A stretch of 64,000 nucleotides of DNA, taken from contig CANRQB010000001.1 in assembly GCA_947632645.1 (NCBI GenBank), forward strand, positions 70,813 through 134,812, given 5' to 3'. Below, piece by piece: positions 20,726 to 30,613 of this stretch (within the stretch, counting starts at the first letter, position 1; every line of letters starts with the position of its first letter). A model generated the notes under the pieces. The model searched no databases, had not been told where the DNA came from, and saw only the letters and a list, made by a program, of their open reading frames with translations. The DNA comes from an uncultured Clostridia bacterium. Lineage in GTDB: Bacteria; Bacillota; Clostridia; Christensenellales; UBA1242. The translations under genes were made by a program, and so were the position numbers.

Positions 20726-22813
20726 ATGGCGAGAACTATTCCGTTAGAGAAAATTAGAAACATCGGTATCATGGCACACATCGATACCGGTAAAACCACA
20801 ACAACCGAGCGTATTTTGTTTTACACCGGCATCAACCACAAAATTGGTGAGGTGCACGATGGTGAAGCAACCATGGACTGGATGGCACAAGAACAAGAGC
20901 GTGGTATAACCATCACATCTGCTTGTACCACTTGCAAATGGCAAGATTGCTCGATTAACATTATCGACACTCCAGGACACGTGGACTTTACTGTAGAGGT
21001 TGAGCGTTCGCTTAAAGTGTTGGACGGCGCGGTTGCACTATTTAGTGCGCGTGCAGGTGTTCAAGCGCAAAGTGAAAACGTTTGGCGTCAAGCAAGCAAA
21101 TTTAACGTTCCTAGGTTGTGCTTTATTAACAAAATGGACATCAACGAGGCAAACTTTTTAAAGGCTGTTCAAAGCATTAAGGATAATTTGGGCGCAAATG
21201 CAGTGCCTATTCAACTTCCTATTGGTGAGGCAGAAACCTTTAAAGGTATTGTAGACCTTGTTAAAATGAAAGCGTACGTTTTCTATGATGATTTAGGCAA
21301 AGATTACAGGGAAGAAGAAATTCCAGCCGATATGTTGGCACAATGCCAAGAATATCGCGCAAAGATGATAGAATCAGTTGCCGAAACAGACGATACCTTG
21401 CTAGAAAAATTCTTTGCAGGGGAAGAGTTGACTGTAGAAGAAATTAAGCGCGGCATTCGTAAAGCAACTTGCACACTAAAAATGTTCCCAGTTTTGTGCG
21501 GCACTGCTGCAAAAAACAAGGGTATTCAAGAGTTACTAGATGCAGTTGTAGACTATATGCCAAGCCCAATCGACGTACCACCAATCACCGGCACACTTGC
21601 CAATGGCGAAAAGGTGGAGCGCAACAATAGTGATAACGAGCCATTTGCAGCACTTGCATTTAAAATTGCAACCGACCCATATGTTGGCCGTATCACCTTT
21701 ATCCGTGTGTATAGCGGCAAACTTGCTGCCGGCAGTTATGTGCTTAACGCAAATAAGGATAAAAAAGAGCGTATTGGCCGTTTGCTTCATATGCATGCAA
21801 ACAATCGTACCGATATTCCAGAAGTTTTAGCAGGTGATATCTGTGCAGTTGTTGGCCTTAAAAACACCGGCACAGGCGACACCTTGTGTGACGAAAACCA
21901 TCCAATTAAACTAGAAGAGATGGAATTTATGAAACCAGTTATCGAGCAAGCCATCGAGCCAAAGGATAAGCAAGCGCAAGAAAAATTGGGTATCGCAATT
22001 TCCAAACTTATGGAAGAAGACCCAACCTTTAAATCTTACACAGACGACCAAACCGGCCAAACCATTATTGCTGGTATGGGCGAGTTGCACCTAGACATTT
22101 TGGTGGATAGGATGAAGCGTGAATTTGGCGTTGAAGTTAACGTTGGTAAGCCACAAGTTGCTTATAAAGAAACCATCCGCCGCACAGTTGAAGCCGAAGG
22201 CAAATACATCAAACAATCGGGTGGTCGTGGTCAGTATGGTCACTGCAAAATTAAGATGGAGCCATTAGAGCGCGACAAGGGCTATGTGTTTGAAAGCCAA
22301 GTTGTTGGTGGCGCAATTCCTAAAGAGTTTATCCCACCAATCGATGCTGGTATTCAAGAGGCTAAAAAATCTGGTGTTGTAGCAGGATACGAAACTATCG
22401 ACTTTAAAGTTACCGTTTTAGATGGCTCTTATCACGAAGTTGATAGTAGCGAAATGGCGTTTAAAATTGCTGGTTCAATAGCATTTAAAGAGGCTATGAA
22501 AAAGGCAGATCCAGTGCTACTAGAGCCTATAATGAAGGTTGAAATCAACACTCCAGATGACTATCTTGGCACGGTTATGGGCGGCATAACTTCACGCCGC
22601 GGTGTGCTAACTGGCACAGAAGCTAAACACGGTGCACAAGTTATTCATGCCGAAGTTCCATTAAGCGAAATGTTTGGTTATTCTACCGACCTTCGCGGCT
22701 CTACCCAAGGGCGCGGTACCTTCCAAATGTTGTTTGACCACTATGCCGAATGCCCTAAAAACGTTGCCGATAAAATTATTGGCGATAGAAAAAAACTAGA
22801 GGGTAACAACTAA
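20726..22813 (+). CDS. fusA: Elongation factor G
   Basis: 695 aa; ...[22 protein letters not shown]...[11 protein letters not shown]... Confidence 0.97.
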   Translation: MARTIPLEKIRNIGIMAHIDTGKTTTTERILFYTGINHKIGEVHDGEATMDWMAQEQERGITITSACTTCKWQDCSINIIDTPGHVDFTVEVERSLKVLDGAVALFSARAGVQAQSENVWRQASKFNVPRLCFINKMDINEANFLKAVQSIKDNLGANAVPIQLPIGEAETFKGIVDLVKMKAYVFYDDLGKDYREEEIPADMLAQCQEYRAKMIESVAETDDTLLEKFFAGEELTVEEIKRGIRKATCTLKMFPVLCGTAAKNKGIQELLDAVVDYMPSPIDVPPITGTLANGEKVERNNSDNEPFAALAFKIATDPYVGRITFIRVYSGKLAAGSYVLNANKDKKERIGRLLHMHANNRTDIPEVLAGDICAVVGLKNTGTGDTLCDENHPIKLEEMEFMKPVIEQAIEPKDKQAQEKLGIAISKLMEEDPTFKSYTDDQTGQTIIAGMGELHLDILVDRMKREFGVEVNVGKPQVAYKETIRRTVEAEGKYIKQSGGRGQYGHCKIKMEPLERDKGYVFESQVVGGAIPKEFIPPIDAGIQEAKKSGVVAGYETIDFKVTVLDGSYHEVDSSEMAFKIAGSIAFKEAMKKADPVLLEPIMKVEINTPDDYLGTVMGGITSRRGVLTGTEAKHGAQVIHAEVPLSEMFGYSTDLRGSTQGRGTFQMLFDHYAECPKNVADKIIGDRKKLEGNN

Positions 22814-22902
22814 CATTTTAAAAAAAGCGTATAAATTCGCTTGACTTTATAATTTAAAATATACTAGAATATAATAGTTAATATAAAAAGGAGATTTTAT
22901 TT

Positions 22903-24105
22903 ATGGCAAAAGCTAAATTTGATAGAACCAAACCGCACGTTAACATTGGTACAATTGGCCACGTTGACCACGGTAAAACTACCTTAACCGCTGCAATCAC
23001 TATGGTTTTGGCAGCTGAAGGTAAAGCTCAAAAAATGAGATATGACGAAATCGATAAAGCTCCAGAGGAAAAGGCGCGTGGTATCACAATTAACACCGCG
23101 CACGTAGAGTACGAAACCGATGCTCGTCACTATGCTCACGTAGACTGCCCAGGACACGCAGACTACGTTAAAAACATGATCACTGGTGCAGCTCAAATGG
23201 ATGGTGCAATCCTAGTTGTTGCTGCAACTGATGGTCCAATGCCTCAAACTAAAGAGCACATCTTGCTTGCTCGTCAAGTTGGCGTTCCTTACATTGTTGT
23301 ATTCATCAACAAGGTAGACCAAGTTGACGATCCAGAACTTTTGGAATTGGTTGAAATGGATATCCGTGATTTGTTAAATTCTTACGATTTCCCTGGCGAC
23401 ACAACTCCTATCATTAAAGGTTCTGCATTAAAGGCATTAGAGGCTGCTGCTGCAGGTCACGCTGATGATCCAGCTTGCGATTGCATTCGTGAACTTATGA
23501 AAGCTGTTGACGAATACATCCCAACCCCAACACGCGACACCGACAAACCTTTCTTAATGCCGGTAGAAGACGTGTTCACTATCACTGGCCGTGGTACTGT
23601 TGCTACTGGTAGGGTAGAACGTGGTGTTGTTAAACTTAACGAGGAAGTTGAACTTGTTGGTATCAAACCTACTCGTAAGGTTGTTATCACTGGTATAGAG
23701 ATGTTCAGAAAATCTTTGGACGAAGCTCGTTCAGGTGATAACGCTGGTTTGTTGCTTCGTGGTATCAACAGAACTGATATCGAACGTGGTCAAGTTCTTG
23801 CTAAACCAGGCACAATCACTCCACACACTGTATTTAAAGCAGAAGTGTACGTTTTAAAGAAAGAGGAAGGTGGCCGTCACACTGCATTCTTTAACGGTTA
23901 TCGTCCACAATTCTACGTTAGAACTACCGACATCACTGGTTCAATCAAACTTCCAGCTGGTGTAGAAATGGTTATGCCAGGCGATAACGTTTCTATGGAA
24001 ATTGAACTTATCCACCCAATCGCTATCGAAAAGGGTATGAAGTTCGCTATCCGTGAAGGCGGCAGAACAGTTGGTTCAGGCGTAGTTTCTGAAATCGTTA
24101 AATAA
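22903..24105 (+). CDS. tuf: Elongation factor Tu
   Basis: 400 aa; [32 protein letters not shown]...DCPGHADY... Confidence 0.98.
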   Translation: MAKAKFDRTKPHVNIGTIGHVDHGKTTLTAAITMVLAAEGKAQKMRYDEIDKAPEEKARGITINTAHVEYETDARHYAHVDCPGHADYVKNMITGAAQMDGAILVVAATDGPMPQTKEHILLARQVGVPYIVVFINKVDQVDDPELLELVEMDIRDLLNSYDFPGDTTPIIKGSALKALEAAAAGHADDPACDCIRELMKAVDEYIPTPTRDTDKPFLMPVEDVFTITGRGTVATGRVERGVVKLNEEVELVGIKPTRKVVITGIEMFRKSLDEARSGDNAGLLLRGINRTDIERGQVLAKPGTITPHTVFKAEVYVLKKEEGGRHTAFFNGYRPQFYVRTTDITGSIKLPAGVEMVMPGDNVSMEIELIHPIAIEKGMKFAIREGGRTVGSGVVSEIVK

Positions 24106-24110
24106 TACAA

Positions 24111-24136
24111 AAGGTGGCCAACCGCCATCTTTTTTT
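24111..24136 (+). terminator. tuf terminator
   Basis: AGGTGGC-caacc-GCCATCT followed by T6. Confidence 0.6.
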
Positions 24137-24200
24137 ACGCACCTAGCACAACGCAAAATATTTTTTAAAAAAACTTACCAATTGCTGGTAAGTTTTTTAT

Positions 24201-25190
24201 CTATAGCAAGCCCATGTTTTGTTTGGCGCGGAGCAAAGTTTCATGTGCCACTTTTTGGGCTTTGCGCGCGCCGTCCGTGGCAATTTTTATAAGTTCGTCT
24301 TGGTGTGACATATAGTAGTTGTATTTTTCACGGATTGGGGCAATGGTGTTTATTACTGATTGGGTGGCGCGCTGCTTTAATGCACCATAACCCTTGCCTG
24401 TTAGTTCCGCCACCACGTTTTCTATTGGCACGCCTTCGCACGCGGAAATTATGGTGAGCAGATTGCTAACGCCCGGCTGATTTTGCTCGTCAAACGCAAT
24501 GTTATTTAAGCTATCGGTAACCGCGCGCTTAATTTTTTTGGTTATCTCTTCATTCGTATTGTGCAAGAAAATTATGTTATTTGGGTCATCGTCCGATTTG
24601 CCCATTTTGCTGGTTGGATCTAGTAGCCCCTTAATGCGTGCGCCCACAGTAGGAACAACCGCTTTTGGGATAACAAATGTTGGCCCAAATCGGTGATTAA
24701 ATCGGGTGGCAATGTCGCGGCAAAGTTCAACGTGCTGCACCTGATCTTCACCCACAGGCACGATGTTGGTGTTGTATAGTAAAATATCCGCCGCCATAAG
24801 AACAGGGTAGGTAAACAGCGCAGTTGACACACTGGTTATGCCTTTTGCCACTTTGTCCTTATACTGGGTCATGCGGTTGGCTTCACCCATCATCGTGGTG
24901 CAGTTTAACATCCAAGTAAGTTCAGCGTGTTCGGGCACCATACTTTGTACGTAGATAATGGATTTTTTAGGGTCTAATCCGCACGCCAAAAACATGGCAA
25001 GTTGTTCTAGTGTTTTGGTTTTTACAAAATCTGCACTCAGTTCAATCGTGTGCGAATGCAGATTGGCAATGCAAAAATAGCAGTTGTATTCGTTCTGCAA
25101 ACTCAACCAATTTTTAATCGCCCCCAAATAGTTGCCCAGCGTTAAATTGCCGGTTGGCTTGGTTGCGCTATATAAAATTTGTTTTTTCAT
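24201..25190 (-). CDS. trpS: Tryptophan--tRNA ligase
   Basis: 329 aa; ...SATKPTGNLTLGNYLGA... (HIGH-region equivalent) and KMGKS (KMSKS motif). Confidence 0.94.
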   Translation of the reverse strand: MKKQILYSATKPTGNLTLGNYLGAIKNWLSLQNEYNCYFCIANLHSHTIELSADFVKTKTLEQLAMFLACGLDPKKSIIYVQSMVPEHAELTWMLNCTTMMGEANRMTQYKDKVAKGITSVSTALFTYPVLMAADILLYNTNIVPVGEDQVQHVELCRDIATRFNHRFGPTFVIPKAVVPTVGARIKGLLDPTSKMGKSDDDPNNIIFLHNTNEEITKKIKRAVTDSLNNIAFDEQNQPGVSNLLTIISACEGVPIENVVAELTGKGYGALKQRATQSVINTIAPIREKYNYYMSHQDELIKIATDGARKAQKVAHETLLRAKQNMGLL

Positions 25191-25533
25191 TTTTTCTCCT
25201 TATTTTTAAAAATTTATTTGAAATTTTGTTAAATTTTTATAAATTTGCTTTAATTTTTATTAAATTTTATAAATTTTTATCCGTTATTAAAAATCTTAAA
25301 TCAAAAATATTTCCGCATTTTAAGCGGCCCACATGCGATATAATTTGTAAATGTTTACACATACAAAATACTTCATACATATATTATAAAATTTTTTTTA
25401 AAATTTAGCAAATAAAATTTAGTTACAAAAATTAGATTGTAAATTTTTATAAGAGTAGTTAATATCAATTAAACAAAAAAGTAAGTTTTAGTTACGGTTT
25501 TGTTAAAAAATAAAAAAAGGTTGCGATGCAACC

Positions 25534-25719
25534 CTAAATGAAACTGCGCTGTTGGCCATACAGATAGCAATTATTGTTTGTGTTGCCGCTGCCAAACGCA
25601 AACAAAATCAGCAACAGCAGAAGCAGGATAGATGTGTTGTTGGCAAGATTGATGTTGGCGGCTTGTGCAATAACTGCAATCAAAATGATAAATAGCACAT
25701 ACAAAATATTGGTGTTCAT
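25534..25719 (-). CDS. Small (61 aa) hydrophobic two-helix protein
   Basis: AAGGAG RBS; hairpin GGTTGC-ga-tGCAACC plus T-run terminator (25510-25533). Divergent from the ArsR gene. Confidence 0.5.
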   Translation of the reverse strand: MNTNILYVLFIILIAVIAQAANINLANNTSILLLLLLILFAFGSGNTNNNCYLYGQQRSFI

Positions 25720-25821
25720 TTCGCTCTCCTTTACTAAAATATTTGGTTTATTTTATTTATTCGACAATAAAAGTTATTGTTACAATTTGGCGCAATTTAA
25801 TTTTTGCTGTACTATTGTTGT

Positions 25822-26142
25822 ATGAATTTAGATTATAGAGAAGAAATTGCCATACGCGACTATATGCCCAGCAAAACGGATTTAATAAATCTGTCATCAT
25901 TTTTTTATGCCTTTAGCGACCGTACCCGCCTGCGCATAATAATTCTACTTACAATAAAACCACTTTGCGTAACCGATATCTCCACTATATTATCGCTAAA
26001 CCAAACCACGCTAAGCCACCAACTTAAAATACTAAAATCGCTTAATATTGTGGACTGTGACCGCACAGGCAAAACCATTGTTTACTACATAAAAAATAAA
26101 GCGATAACGGAGGTGCTGAACGCGACCGTCGATTGCATTTAA
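25822..26142 (+). CDS. ArsR/SmtB-family winged-helix transcriptional regulator
   Basis: ATG at 25822. ...FFYAFSDRTRLRIIILL...CVTDISTILSLNQTTLSHQLKILKSLNIV... is the typical ArsR HTH. Confidence 0.85.
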   Translation: MNLDYREEIAIRDYMPSKTDLINLSSFFYAFSDRTRLRIIILLTIKPLCVTDISTILSLNQTTLSHQLKILKSLNIVDCDRTGKTIVYYIKNKAITEVLNATVDCI

Positions 26143-26725
26143 ATCAGGCTGCTTATAAACTTCGCGATACGTCGTTTACTGAAAGGCGCGCATCTCAGTC
26201 ATTTAAAATCAGGCGGTATAAGCGGCGCGATGCTGCGTTTCTGGGCTTTGTGTAACTTGGTCATTTAGGGCTACTAAACTCCCGCGTTACCCAAAGCCCG
26301 AGCCTTGCCTCGCTTGCTTCTCCCGCCTGATTTATTGTCTGTGTTTGGCTTAATTATATTGGTAGGAGTGCTATAGAATTTTTTTGTCTTTCGCGAATTT
26401 CGAGCCTAGTCTCGCTTGTTTCTAAGCAGCCTGATTAACAGCTGTTAGAAAGGGTTGACATAATTAGAAGAACTTTGTCTTGCTTGCTTCTATTCAGCCT
26501 AAATATAAGGTGGATTTGATAAAATTTTAAAATATTTATCCTTTGCGAATTTCGAGCCTAGTCTCGCTTGTTTCTAAGCAGCCTGATTAACAGCTGTTAG
26601 AAAAGGGTTGACATAATTAGAAGAACTTTGTCTTGCTTGTTTCTCCCGCCTGATTAACAGGTTAGAAATAAGTTGACATGATGAAAAGAGCCTTGTCTTG
26701 CTTGCTTCTCCCGCCTGATTAACAG
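26137..26725. repeat. Cluster of degenerate ~35-60-nt repeat units in both orientations (at least 3 inverted and 6 direct copies)
   Basis: Core ...GCCTTGTCTTGCTTGCTTCTCCCGCCTGATTAACAG occurs at about 26300, 26402, 26471, 26554, 26623 and 26688. Reverse-complement cores (AAATCAGGC...) lie at 26141 and 26206. An 11-bp perfect inverted repeat, AAATCAGGCGG (26206-26216) / CCGCCTGATTT (26323-26333), is present. Confidence 0.8.
26393..26644 (+). repeat. ~100-nt tandem duplication with 152-bp period inside the repeat cluster
   Basis: 26393-26491 and 26545-26644 are identical except for one A indel and one mismatch (GCGAATTTCGAGCCTAGTCTCGCTTGTTTCTAAGCAGCCTGATTAACAGCTGTTAGAAAGGGTTGACATAATTAGAAGAACTTTGTCTTGCTTG...). 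Confidence 0.85.
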
Positions 26726-26878
26726 CCGTTAAAATTACTTATTTTAAGGCGTAAAATATTTTGCTTTACAATTAATCAAAAGGTGGATTTTTTATGCTTG
26801 TGTATAAAATTAAATAAAAAATGGCAAAATTTTATGTAATTTTATACAAAAAATGTGTATTTGTGATATAATTTAGGC

Positions 26879-28087
26879 ATGAAAAGATTATTGCGGATCG
26901 GCGCAAGCACATTTGTACTTTCAATTGTTCCGATAATTTCGTGGTTTTTGCTTGGATTAACCCTTGACGGCAATTTGGTTAATATTTTTTCGCTTACCTA
27001 TCCGGTGCAGTTTGTTTTTTCTTTATTTATTTGCGTTTTTGCTAGTGGGGCAAATATCAAGCAAGCAAAAGAAGGCAACAAAAATGCAGTGTTAAGTGGC
27101 ATGACGCTTGGGGCTGTTGTGGGTGGAGTATTTTATGCACTGCTGCTAATTTTTAACAAGCAATACATTCAATTTTTAAATATGGACGTTGGCATTTACA
27201 AACATTTTGCAATATATTCGTTTACTTCGCAATATGTGCACTTCTTGTTCTCCATGACGCTAGAAAAAATGTATTTTGAAGATAAGGACAAAATTGCTTA
27301 CCGCCATAGTTTAATTTTTAACATAATGGAATTTGTTGTGCTAATTGGCAGTTCGCTTATTGTTAAGAACGATTTTGTTATAATTGGCACAACCATAACT
27401 TGCATAACAATATACGCGCTTGTGCTGTTTTTTAAACAATTCCACAAATTTAAACTGGATTTTAACATTTTAACCAATTTTAAATACGAATCTACCGATA
27501 TTGTTGCGTATTTGTTGCTAATTGGTACATATTTCTTTGGTTACAGCAACGCGTTTGAGGGTGGCGCGGAATATGTTGCTGCAATCAATTTTGTCGCGCT
27601 TATAACCGATGCGCAGTGGGATTGTTGCAATGCAATGTCCACCGTGGCAAAAATTGATATCGCCAATGGCAAATATAACTATAAACAAACCATGAAGAAT
27701 TGTGTAAAATACACTTTGATTATTATGTCCACATCTATAATAGCATTTTTTGCGCTGTTTAAATTGTATAATGTAGATTTAAAAATAGGATTGATATGCT
27801 TGCTGGTTGAGGTGGTCGACTTTATATACAACCCAATCACCTATGGGTTTGAGCCATATGTGCAACTAGAATACTCTGCCGTAAAAAATACAACAATTTC
27901 AATAATTTCGTATCTAGTTAGGTTTTTAATTTCTAGCTTTGTTCCTATTGCATTATGCACCGTGCTTGGGCAGTTTGTTAGTAGTTTAATTGGCCTAGTT
28001 TGTTTGTTGTTTATTAGATTTAAAGTTTACCGTGTTAAAGATGGAAATTTGGTTAAAAAAGTGCAAAAAAATGCAAATAATAACTGA
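26879..28087 (+). CDS. Polytopic membrane protein (many predicted TM helices), possibly flippase/MOP-like
   Basis: 402 aa, hydrophobic throughout with short loops. The family assignment is a guess from topology only. Confidence 0.6.
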   Translation: MKRLLRIGASTFVLSIVPIISWFLLGLTLDGNLVNIFSLTYPVQFVFSLFICVFASGANIKQAKEGNKNAVLSGMTLGAVVGGVFYALLLIFNKQYIQFLNMDVGIYKHFAIYSFTSQYVHFLFSMTLEKMYFEDKDKIAYRHSLIFNIMEFVVLIGSSLIVKNDFVIIGTTITCITIYALVLFFKQFHKFKLDFNILTNFKYESTDIVAYLLLIGTYFFGYSNAFEGGAEYVAAINFVALITDAQWDCCNAMSTVAKIDIANGKYNYKQTMKNCVKYTLIIMSTSIIAFFALFKLYNVDLKIGLICLLVEVVDFIYNPITYGFEPYVQLEYSAVKNTTISIISYLVRFLISSFVPIALCTVLGQFVSSLIGLVCLLFIRFKVYRVKDGNLVKKVQKNANNN

Positions 28088-28148
28088 TTTTTAACAATTA
28101 TCAAAAAAATTTAAGCCAGCATACTATGTTTTAGATTGTTGGTGCGTT

Positions 28149-28661
28149 GTGAAAATTGTTGTGGTTAGTGGCGGAAACTATAAGAGTTTTTATTTAAATT
28201 GTTTTTTAAAATTGCATAAATGCGATTTGCTTGTTTTTAATTTTGGCATTATTTATGACTACGTTATCGAGGATGAAATTTTGCACAACGCCGTTGTTAC
28301 AAACGAACTTATGATGCTATCTAATAAGCTTAGATGCCCGGTGGTGGCAGGGGTATATGTAGTTGGCAAAATGCGTAGGCAATCCATCATAGTTTGCGAT
28401 GGTGAAAAAATCCATATCAGCAGTATTAATGATGGCGCGATTGTAACAATTAAAAATAAAATTTTTACTATAGGGGTGGAGGGTATATCTGGTTATAAAC
28501 ACAATAAGATAATTTTATCTAAAAAGCGGCTATACCCTTTAATTGAGCACTGCGCAAAAAACAAAGTGTATCTATTTTGCGATGGCTATGGCGTTAGTGT
28601 AATTGAGGATAAAACTTTTAAAAGATTTTTTTCAAAATATGCACAAATTATTTTGAAATAA
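28149..28661 (+). CDS. Hypothetical 170-aa protein
   Basis: GTG start; no recognisable motif. Confidence 0.5.
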   Translation: MKIVVVSGGNYKSFYLNCFLKLHKCDLLVFNFGIIYDYVIEDEILHNAVVTNELMMLSNKLRCPVVAGVYVVGKMRRQSIIVCDGEKIHISSINDGAIVTIKNKIFTIGVEGISGYKHNKIILSKKRLYPLIEHCAKNKVYLFCDGYGVSVIEDKTFKRFFSKYAQIILK

Positions 28662-28736
28662 TAATTTTATATGTTATAATATAACATAATACTGGGAGTA
28701 TTATAATTAAAATTAGATAATTAATTTGGAGTCAAT

Positions 28737-29915
28737 ATGAAAAAAACCATTAGAAATATAGACGTTGCTGGTAAGCGCGTTTTTGTTAGAGTTGACTACA
28801 ATGTACCTATAAATAACGAACTTAAAATTGTGGATGACACACGTATTGTGGCAACTTTACCAACCATAAAATTTTTAATTGAACATAACGCAAAAGTTAT
28901 TTTATGTTCGCATTTGGGCAGGCCAAATGGGCAGGTAGATAACAAACTTTCACTTCGCCCAGTGCTGGCGCGGCTTAGCAATTTGCTAGAAAAACCTATC
29001 TCTTTTGCCGAGGATGTAACCGATAAATCCACCTTGGATATGGTTAACAAAATGAACGATGGCGACGTGCTTATGCTAGAAAATATCCGCTTTTATAAGC
29101 AGGAAGAAGCAAACGACGAGGCATTTGCTAAAAAACTTGCAAAGCTTGCAGACATCTTTGTTTTAGAGGCATTTGGCACCGCACATCGCAAGCACGCATC
29201 CACCTATGGAATTGCAAAACTAATTCCAGCAGTGGCAGGTTTTTTGGTGGAGGACGAGCTTAATCGTTTTGAAAAAATCACCACAAAGCCCGATCGTCCA
29301 TTTGTGGCAATTTTGGGTGGCGCAAAGGTTGCGGATAAGTTGCCTGTTGTAGAAAACTTAATCGATAAGGTGGATACAATCTTACTGGGTGGGGGTATGG
29401 CCCATACCTTTATAAAAGCAATTGGCGGCAGCGTTGGCATGAGTTTGGTAGATAATAGCAAAGTGGAACTTGCCAAACAACTTTTGGATAAGGCTAAAGA
29501 AAAGGGCGTAAAAATTGTGCTGCCTATCGATAACGTTGTAACCACACAATTTAGTGCTGATGCAGAAGCTAAGGTTTGCAATAGCGGGTTTATCCCAGAC
29601 AATATGCAGGCCATGGATATCGGCAAAAAAACCATAAAGCAATTTAAAAAGGTAATTAAAAAAGCGCGCACCATAGTTTGGAATGGGCCACTTGGCGTGT
29701 ACGAGTACGAAAAATTTAGGCGCGGCACAAATAAAATTGCAAAATATGTTTCTAAAAGCAAAGCCAATTCCATTATAGGTGGTGGTGATAGCGTGGCAGC
29801 AGCACAACTTATTGGGCTTGGCAAGCGTGTGCACCTTTCTACTGGTGGTGGCGCATCGCTTATGCTATTGCAGGGCAAAACACTGCCATGTGTGGAACTT
29901 ATTGAGGATATTTAA
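28737..29915 (+). CDS. pgk: Phosphoglycerate kinase
   Basis: 392 aa; ...KRVFVRVDYNVP...SHLGRP...ILGGAKVADKL... Confidence 0.96.
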   Translation: MKKTIRNIDVAGKRVFVRVDYNVPINNELKIVDDTRIVATLPTIKFLIEHNAKVILCSHLGRPNGQVDNKLSLRPVLARLSNLLEKPISFAEDVTDKSTLDMVNKMNDGDVLMLENIRFYKQEEANDEAFAKKLAKLADIFVLEAFGTAHRKHASTYGIAKLIPAVAGFLVEDELNRFEKITTKPDRPFVAILGGAKVADKLPVVENLIDKVDTILLGGGMAHTFIKAIGGSVGMSLVDNSKVELAKQLLDKAKEKGVKIVLPIDNVVTTQFSADAEAKVCNSGFIPDNMQAMDIGKKTIKQFKKVIKKARTIVWNGPLGVYEYEKFRRGTNKIAKYVSKSKANSIIGGGDSVAAAQLIGLGKRVHLSTGGGASLMLLQGKTLPCVELIEDI

Positions 29916-29923
29916 GGGGAATT

Positions 29924-30613
29924 ATGCTGTTAGTTGCAAACTATAAAATGAATGGTGACTTTAAGTTTTATGCAACAACAATACAAAAATTAAACAAGGT
30001 TAAGGACACAAATATAGTGCTGTGTCCGCCTTTTGTTTTTTTGCCTCAATTTAAAAATAATTTAAAATTTCATAATCTTGGTGCACAAAATGTGGATTGC
30101 CCTTTAAACAATAAATCCACTGGCGGAATAAGTGCACAAATGTTAAAAGAGTTTGGTTGCGCTTATACCCTAGTGGGGCATAGCGAGCGTAGGGCTTACG
30201 AAACCGAACAAGACATTGCACAAAAAATTATTGCCGCGCAAAAGCAAAATATAATACCCATTGTTTGCGTTGGCGAAAAGTATAGGGGGCAGGGGTATTT
30301 AAATTTTATAAGCCAAGTTGAATCTGCCCTAAAAGTGGCGGACAAAAATAAACAAATTATTTTTGCTTACGAGCCTGTGTGGAGTATTGGCAGCGGGAAT
30401 TTGCCAAGTCGAGCGCATGTAGAAAATATTATTAAAAAAATAAAAGCCAGTGCTGAAAAATTTGGGTTTAATGTACCTGTTATATATGGCGGCAGCATAA
30501 ATGAGAACAATTTTGGCGATTATATGGGTGTTGTGGACGGCTTTTTAGTGGGCGGACTTGCACTAGATACAGATAGATTTATTTTGTTAATAAGGAGAGT
30601 TTATGGCAAATAA
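29924..30613 (+). CDS. tpiA: Triose-phosphate isomerase
   Basis: 229 aa; ...ANYKMNG...VGHSERR...YEPVWSIGSG... Confidence 0.93.
   Translation: MLLVANYKMNGDFKFYATTIQKLNKVKDTNIVLCPPFVFLPQFKNNLKFHNLGAQNVDCPLNNKSTGGISAQMLKEFGCAYTLVGHSERRAYETEQDIAQKIIAAQKQNIIPIVCVGEKYRGQGYLNFISQVESALKVADKNKQIIFAYEPVWSIGSGNLPSRAHVENIIKKIKASAEKFGFNVPVIYGGSINENNFGDYMGVVDGFLVGGLALDTDRFILLIRRVYGK

Noticed and set aside
26300-26725. Possible CRISPR array (about 35-nt repeats with about 30-nt intervening segments).
   Set aside because: The would-be spacers are themselves repeated (GTTAGAAA(A)GGGTTGACATAATTAGAAGAA occurs twice, with a related third copy). The repeats are degenerate, copies occur in both orientations, and no cas genes are in the window.
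29204-29878. 224-aa and 150-aa minus-strand ORFs inside pgk.
   Set aside because: They are antisense to a full-length, well-conserved pgk. Low-complexity translation and no start context.
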